From IMG/VR virus record IMGVR_UViG_3300025009_000100: 20,000 nt of DNA. One strand, 5' to 3'. A program made the translations under genes and the position numbers. Shown in pieces: positions 15,500 through 20,000 of this stretch. The DNA comes from an uncultured virus (IMG/VR IMGVR_UViG_3300025009_000100). Lineage: Duplodnaviria > Heunggongvirae > Uroviricota > Caudoviricetes. Each line of letters begins with the position of its first letter. The first letter of the stretch is position 1. The notes below the pieces were generated by a model. That model was given only the letters and a program-made list of their open reading frames with translations, searched no databases and had not been told where the DNA came from.

Positions 15500-15934
15500 A
15501 TGGCTTCAGAAGCAAAAAGTGGCGTTGGTGCTCTTGTAAGGTATTACAGTGGAGCAGCTTGGGTAAGTTTTGGGGAAGTGACAAACATTACTGGCCCGTC
15601 AATGACCAAAGCAACGCATGATGTCACAAGTTTGGCAAGTACAGGTGGATTTCGGGAATTTATTGTTGGATTGAAAGACCCAGGCACCCTCCAGTTTACG
15701 ATGTGGTTTAACAGGGCTGACTTTGATGCCGCCCTGGCTAATTTCAATTCGGATGATTTGGTTGACTTTGAGATTATCCTCCCCGATGATGACCATACAA
15801 CATTGGAGTTCTCTGGGTTTGTGACGGATCTCCCGTTGACAATCCCTGAAGGCCCCATGAGTATCAATGTAACGGTTAAGATTTCAGGCCCGGTGACAGT
15901 TAATTCCGGATCGGGCACAGTGACACACGCATAA
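15500..15934 (+). CDS. major tail (tail tube) protein, lambda gpV-N/TP901-1 type
   Basis: GEVTNITGPSM, DVTSL..GGFREFIVGLKDPGTLQF, FSGFVT and VKISGPV motifs. RBS AAGGAG. Confidence 0.9.
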   Translation: MASEAKSGVGALVRYYSGAAWVSFGEVTNITGPSMTKATHDVTSLASTGGFREFIVGLKDPGTLQFTMWFNRADFDAALANFNSDDLVDFEIILPDDDHTTLEFSGFVTDLPLTIPEGPMSINVTVKISGPVTVNSGSGTVTHA

Positions 15935-16046
15935 CCGGTATTACCAATTGTCAGACGTATGAAATGTAATTAAAAGATAAAAAGAAAACCTAATCAAAGG
16001 TTCACCAAATTAAACAAATTTAACAAATTGAACAGGAGAAAACAAA

Positions 16047-16517
16047 ATGACTGAAATCAACGGAACCAATCAGGCTCCTACAGCAGCAACCTTTCTAACA
16101 GCAGAAGAACTCAGAAACATCATTTTACAGGCGAATGATTTGCCTGTGATCCCCCAGGTTGTTCCGGAATGGGGCGGGGTTACTGTGTATGTGCGTTCAA
16201 TGACCGCAAAAGAACGTGACGACTGGCAAGCGTCCTATTTTTTCTTGAATAAAGATGCACAGGAATCAGCAGACGGAACCCCTGGTAAAGTGACTGTGAA
16301 AAACCTTTCCGCTTCTTTACTGGTTAAAATGCTTTGCGCAGACCCGGAAGGAAAGGTTCTTATCTTCAAAGAATCGGATATCGACGCTTTAGGGGATAAG
16401 TCAGCCGCAGTCATCAACCGGCTTCAGGAGGCACTGAGAGCGGCTTCTGGCGTAACAAAAGAAGACGAGGACGCCATTGAAAAAAACTTAAACGCCCAGA
16501 GCGTCGTTTCTGGTTAA
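16047..16517 (+). CDS. tail assembly chaperone (gpG-like)
   Basis: VPEWGGVTVYVRSMTAKERD, DIDALGDKSAAVINRL, and EKN at the slippery site. Confidence 0.88.
   Translation: MTEINGTNQAPTAATFLTAEELRNIILQANDLPVIPQVVPEWGGVTVYVRSMTAKERDDWQASYFFLNKDAQESADGTPGKVTVKNLSASLLVKMLCADPEGKVLIFKESDIDALGDKSAAVINRLQEALRAASGVTKEDEDAIEKNLNAQSVVSG
16481..16487 (+). other. programmed -1 ribosomal frameshift site A AAA AAC (gpG to gpGT)
   Basis: X XXY YYZ heptamer in the gpG frame. The -1 frame is open (LKRPERRFWLTEARRAGQYN) and joins ORF 16547-17029. Confidence 0.88.
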
Positions 16518-17029
16518 CAGAAGCACGTAGGGCGGGACAATATAATATGGATGCATTTATGGGCAGCATGACAGCAAAACAAGCACTCGAATGGGAAATA
16601 TTTGCGAAAGACAATCCGTCTTTTGAGGATGTTATTCTGCTTCAGATCGCATATGTTGCCCAATTATTTGCATCCGCAACAGTTAAAAGAAAAGATGGGG
16701 CTGAATTCAGTATTGAGGATTTCATGCCCTGGAAAAAGAAAGCCAAGACAACTTCCAGTAAAGCAGCAAAGAAAGAAGTTGCTTCAGGTTTGTTATCCTC
16801 TTTTAAAAACATTTTGTTGAAATCAGGGGATGAAAAAGCAAAGGCTTGGGCAAAGAAAGATGAAGTTGAAGTTAAAAAAGTTCAAGGCACTGACGGAAAA
16901 TGGTACAATTATGCCTTGGAAGAGTTTGCAACAAGGACAAAGCCCCCCAAACGGCTTTCCCAAGTTCAACCAGCAGCGTCAGTAAGAAAACCCAGACGGC
17001 TTAAAACAAATGGGGATACAGGTAAATAA
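16487..17029 (+). CDS. tail assembly chaperone gpT portion (expressed as a gpGT frameshift product)
   Basis: PERRFW...MTAKQALEWEIF...FSIEDFMPW, located between gpG and the tape measure gene. Confidence 0.8.
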   Translation, partial: LKRPERRFWLTEARRAGQYNMDAFMGSMTAKQALEWEIFAKDNPSFEDVILLQIAYVAQLFASATVKRKDGAEFSIEDFMPWKKKAKTTSSKAAKKEVASGLLSSFKNILLKSGDEKAKAWAKKDEVEVKKVQGTDGKWYNYALEEFATRTKPPKRLSQVQPAASVRKPRRLKTNGDTGK

Positions 17030-17038
17030 GGACAAATA

Positions 17039-20000
17039 ATGGATATCGGCAGCTTACTTGCAACAATCGGTGCAGACATAACAGACCTGAAATCCGCTGT
17101 GGCTCAGGCAAATTCTGAACTGGAAAAGTACTCCAGGAAGACAGATGATGCCTTGTCTAAAGTGAATAGGGGTTGGGGGAGTTCATCTGCCTTTATTGTA
17201 AAATCAGTAGGGTTGATTGGTACTGCTTTTGCCGGCTTGCAGTTAAAGACATTTCTACAAGATGTTGCAATGGCTGGCGCCAGGTACGAGACCCTTGGAG
17301 TGGTATTAACCCAGGTTGGTAAAAATATGGGGTACTCCTCCCAGGAAATGAATAAATACGCTGCTGGAGTAAAAGACGCTGGTATCCAGATGGATATTGC
17401 CAGACAGGTTACAATCCGTATGGCACAAGCCCAAATCGACTTGTCGAAATCGCAGCAGCTTGCTCGTATTGCGCAGGATGCGGCTATTATTGGAAATATA
17501 AATTCATCGGAAGCACTTGAAAGGATGATTCATGGTATCCAGACAGCTCAAACTGACGTATTGAGGTCTATTGGTATCAATGTTTCTTTTGAAGCTTCTT
17601 ACGCTAAATTGGCGAAGGAACTTGGTAAAACCTCAAATGCATTAACTGAACAAGAGAAAATGCAAGCGCGTACCAATGCGGTTATGGAAGAAGGTGTTAA
17701 AAAAATTGGCACGTATGAAGCTGCGATGGAAACCGCTGGAAAACAAATCACTTCTTTACCCAGGTATATCAATGATTTTAAGATCGAAATGGGAGAGGCA
17801 TTTAATCCAGCAACCGCCGATGCCGTAAAAGCAGTAACCAATTTAATGAAGGATTTGAATACAGCAATTGTTCAGCCGGAAATTCAAGCAGAGTTACAGC
17901 GAGTTTCTCAAGAATTTGCGAATTGGGTTGATAATAATTCTGAATTAATTAAACAGCATTTACCAGAATTAATCCAATCTATTGCGGTAACGTTGCGTGG
18001 AGTGGCTGCTGCTGGGCAAGTTGCGGCAGCAGCATTGTCCTTGGTGAACACTGCGTTAGATAGTGTTATGGTTAATTCTAAAGCTGCTGGCATGGTTGCT
18101 GGTGGGCAAATGTCTTTAGCCGAATTTTTAACTTCCAGCACGAACCAAATGCGGCAGCGTGTTCTGGATTTTGATATTAGTTTAAACGGGGTGAATAAAA
18201 CTATTTCCGAGAGTACCGATGGGTATTCGGAATATGCTGGCACAATATCTGGGGTTGTTGCCTCGGCAGTCAAAGAAAGTATCGCTCTGACCAAAAAACA
18301 AATAAGTGCAAATGAGTCTGTCGCAAAATTGTTAGCACAATTACAAATAAGCACCGGAGGTTATGCTGACGCAGAAAAGCAATTAAAATATCTGGAAGTA
18401 GATAATTGGCGTAAAGAAAAAGTAAAAGTAATCGGAGCAACAAATGAAGGTATAGAAGAAACTGCCCGATTAATGAAGCTGCTCGCTGACCAAGAAGAGG
18501 GCTTCAAAAACAGATATTCCAATATGGCACTTGGTATGGCCTGGGACGATTCCTTCTTAACCCAGGAGGCTCAGATTGCTTACCTGGCAGAGAAAGAATT
18601 GAAAGCCGTTGAAGATCGTAAGAAGGCTGAAGAAGATCTTGCAAAGTTCCGGGAGAGATGGGCCAAGGAGTATAAAAAATCTCAGGAAAAATCTCTTGAA
18701 GCTTACACTGATTTTTCTGACACCATAAAAGATAATATTAAGGATATTATTGAATCCCATGAAAATATGGCTGATAAGATTGTCAGCATCTTCAAGGACA
18801 TGCTTTATGAGATCGCCGCTTCAATAATTGCTCAGAAATTCGTTATTCCTATTGGTTTACAAATTGGTTCCGCTTTGGGCGCAACTTGGAATGGGACATC
18901 CTTTTCAAACATGTCCGGGGCCAGTTCTAATATTCTCAGTACGGCTTCAGGGGCCAATTCCATATATAATGCTTTCAACGGAGGAACTTCCCAATTTCTA
19001 ACAACTGGCCTTGGGGGAAAAGTAGGCTCCAGCATATTCGGTAATTCCAATTGGTACGGGACAGGCGCTTCAATGGCGGGTACGAGTGCTGCTTATTATG
19101 GTGGAGCTGAATATATGGTCGCGGCCGGAGCTGAAGCTGCCGGAACAGCGGGTATAGCTTCTACGCTTTCTGCCATCGCTCCTTATGCGGCTATTGCAGC
19201 CATAGCTATCCCGTTGATTACTTCTCTCTTTGAAGATGATCCGACCCCGGCAATAGGAATACAAGGTGGGTCTTGGGAGGAAGAATCTCCATCGACAGGG
19301 AGCCTGAACTCAACCAAATACAATTACAAACTCTTTGCTCAGGACATGGGGGGTGAATCTTCTGCCACCCTTTTGGAGTTTTTTGATACTCGGTTTGCTG
19401 CGGTAGATGAAGCACTTTCCGGGGCATTCGCCGAAACCCTGGAAAAATACGATGCAGGGGCCAAAAATAGGGGTTGGGTGTACACTGAAGGCATGGATAC
19501 CGACGCAATCCTGGAAGCGGTTAGCAACAATGTTTTTGAAGGTATTTTAGACGGTTTAAAAACGGTAACGATGGGTGCCGGGTTCGAATCTTTCGGGGTT
19601 GATTTTTTTGAATCTATAAAAGGGGATGATGAGGACCTTTTTCAGGCGTTTATAGATTTTAATACGGTTGTTGAAGGGACTACTGATTTCCTTGAAAAGT
19701 TTTCCGGGCAGATGGCAGCTTTGGGGGATGATTCTTTGCAGGCTTTTTTGAATTTGGAATCGATCATGGGTGTTTTTACGGAAATGGATGCCATGATGGA
19801 CCCATTGATAAAAATTACAGATCCCCTGGTTCAAATCATTGATCAGTTTGAGACGTGGATTGACGCCCTTAATGATTCTTTGGCTACGCTGGAAGAGGTC
19901 ACGGAAGCTGAGAAAAATCGCACCACGGCCTTGGGTATGCAGGTCAGTGGGCTAACTGCCACAAACGTAAGCTCGGCCTTGCAACAGGCAATAATGGGCG
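17039..20000 (+). CDS. tail tape measure protein (5' part; runs off the window)
   Basis: ATG at 17039 after AAGGA reads MDIGSLLATIGADITDLKSAVAQANSELEK...ARYETLGVVL...LARIAQDAAIIGNINSSEALERMIHGI...EAAMETAGKQITSLPRY. Ala-rich and helical. I found no stop in the parts I translated, and a missing stop explains its absence from the ORF track. Confidence 0.9.
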   Translation, partial: MDIGSLLATIGADITDLKSAVAQANSELEKYSRKTDDALSKVNRGWGSSSAFIVKSVGLIGTAFAGLQLKTFLQDVAMAGARYETLGVVLTQVGKNMGYSSQEMNKYAAGVKDAGIQMDIARQVTIRMAQAQIDLSKSQQLARIAQDAAIIGNINSSEALERMIHGIQTAQTDVLRSIGINVSFEASYAKLAKELGKTSNALTEQEKMQARTNAVMEEGVKKIGTYEAAMETAGKQITSLPRYINDFKIEMGEAFNPATADAVKAVTNLMKDLNTAIVQPEIQAELQRVSQEFANWVDNNSELIKQHLPELIQSIAVTLRGVAAAGQVAAAALSLVNTALDSVMVNSKAAGMVAGGQMSLAEFLTSSTNQMRQRVLDFDISLNGVNKTISESTDGYSEYAGTISGVVASAVKESIALTKKQISANESVAKLLAQLQISTGGYADAEKQLKYLEVDNWRKEKVKVIGATNEGIEETARLMKLLADQEEGFKNRYSNMALGMAWDDSFLTQEAQIAYLAEKELKAVEDRKKAEEDLAKFRERWAKEYKKSQEKSLEAYTDFSDTIKDNIKDIIESHENMADKIVSIFKDMLYEIAASIIAQKFVIPIGLQIGSALGATWNGTSFSNMSGASSNILSTASGANSIYNAFNGGTSQFLTTGLGGKVGSSIFGNSNWYGTGASMAGTSAAYYGGAEYMVAAGAEAAGTAGIASTLSAIAPYAAIAAIAIPLITSLFEDDPTPAIGIQGGSWEEESPSTGSLNSTKYNYKLFAQDMGGESSATLLEFFDTRFAAVDEALSGAFAETLEKYDAGAKNRGWVYTEGMDTDAILEAVSNNVFEGILDGLKTVTMGAGFESFGVDFFESIKGDDEDLFQAFIDFNTVVEGTTDFLEKFSGQMAALGDDSLQAFLNLESIMGVFTEMDAMMDPLIKITDPLVQIIDQFETWIDALNDSLATLEEVTEAEKNRTTALGMQVSGLTATNVSSALQQAIMG

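Noticed and set aside
1..20000. CRISPR array, tRNA/rRNA, integrase, IS element, intron/intein or DGR components
   Set aside because: No regularly spaced repeats, RNA-gene signatures, or transposase, reverse transcriptase or intein motifs were recognised by eye.

Overview
Structural (late) gene module of a long-tailed dsDNA phage or prophage (siphovirus-type gene order). All credible genes are on the + strand and use the standard bacterial code. Order: three small ORFs; DUF1073-type portal; small accessory ORFs; MuF/SPP1 gp7-like head morphogenesis protein; DUF2213-type prohead protease/scaffold; head decoration protein; encapsulin(Linocin M18)-like major capsid protein; a ~5 kb enzyme cassette; head-tail connectors; tail terminator; tail tube; gpG/gpGT chaperones with a -1 frameshift; and the 5' ~3 kb of the tape measure gene (17039 to window end, missing from the ORF track). 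Two systems stand out. (1) A 24-aa peptide, LS[VI]LGGSGSG[NH][HY]GHAGRPGK[VR]GGS, occurs twice. One copy links the portal to a fused HExxH zinc metalloprotease. The other links a small Cys/His protein, across a single in-frame TGA, to an ADP-ribosyltransferase-like domain. This suggests a head-packaged effector/polymorphic toxin system. (2) A translationally coupled cassette of four glycosyltransferase-like genes, a radical SAM enzyme, an APS kinase and a sulfotransferase sits between the capsid and head-tail genes, suggesting the phage builds a sulfated glycan on its virion. Family assignments come from motif recognition by eye, not from database searches.
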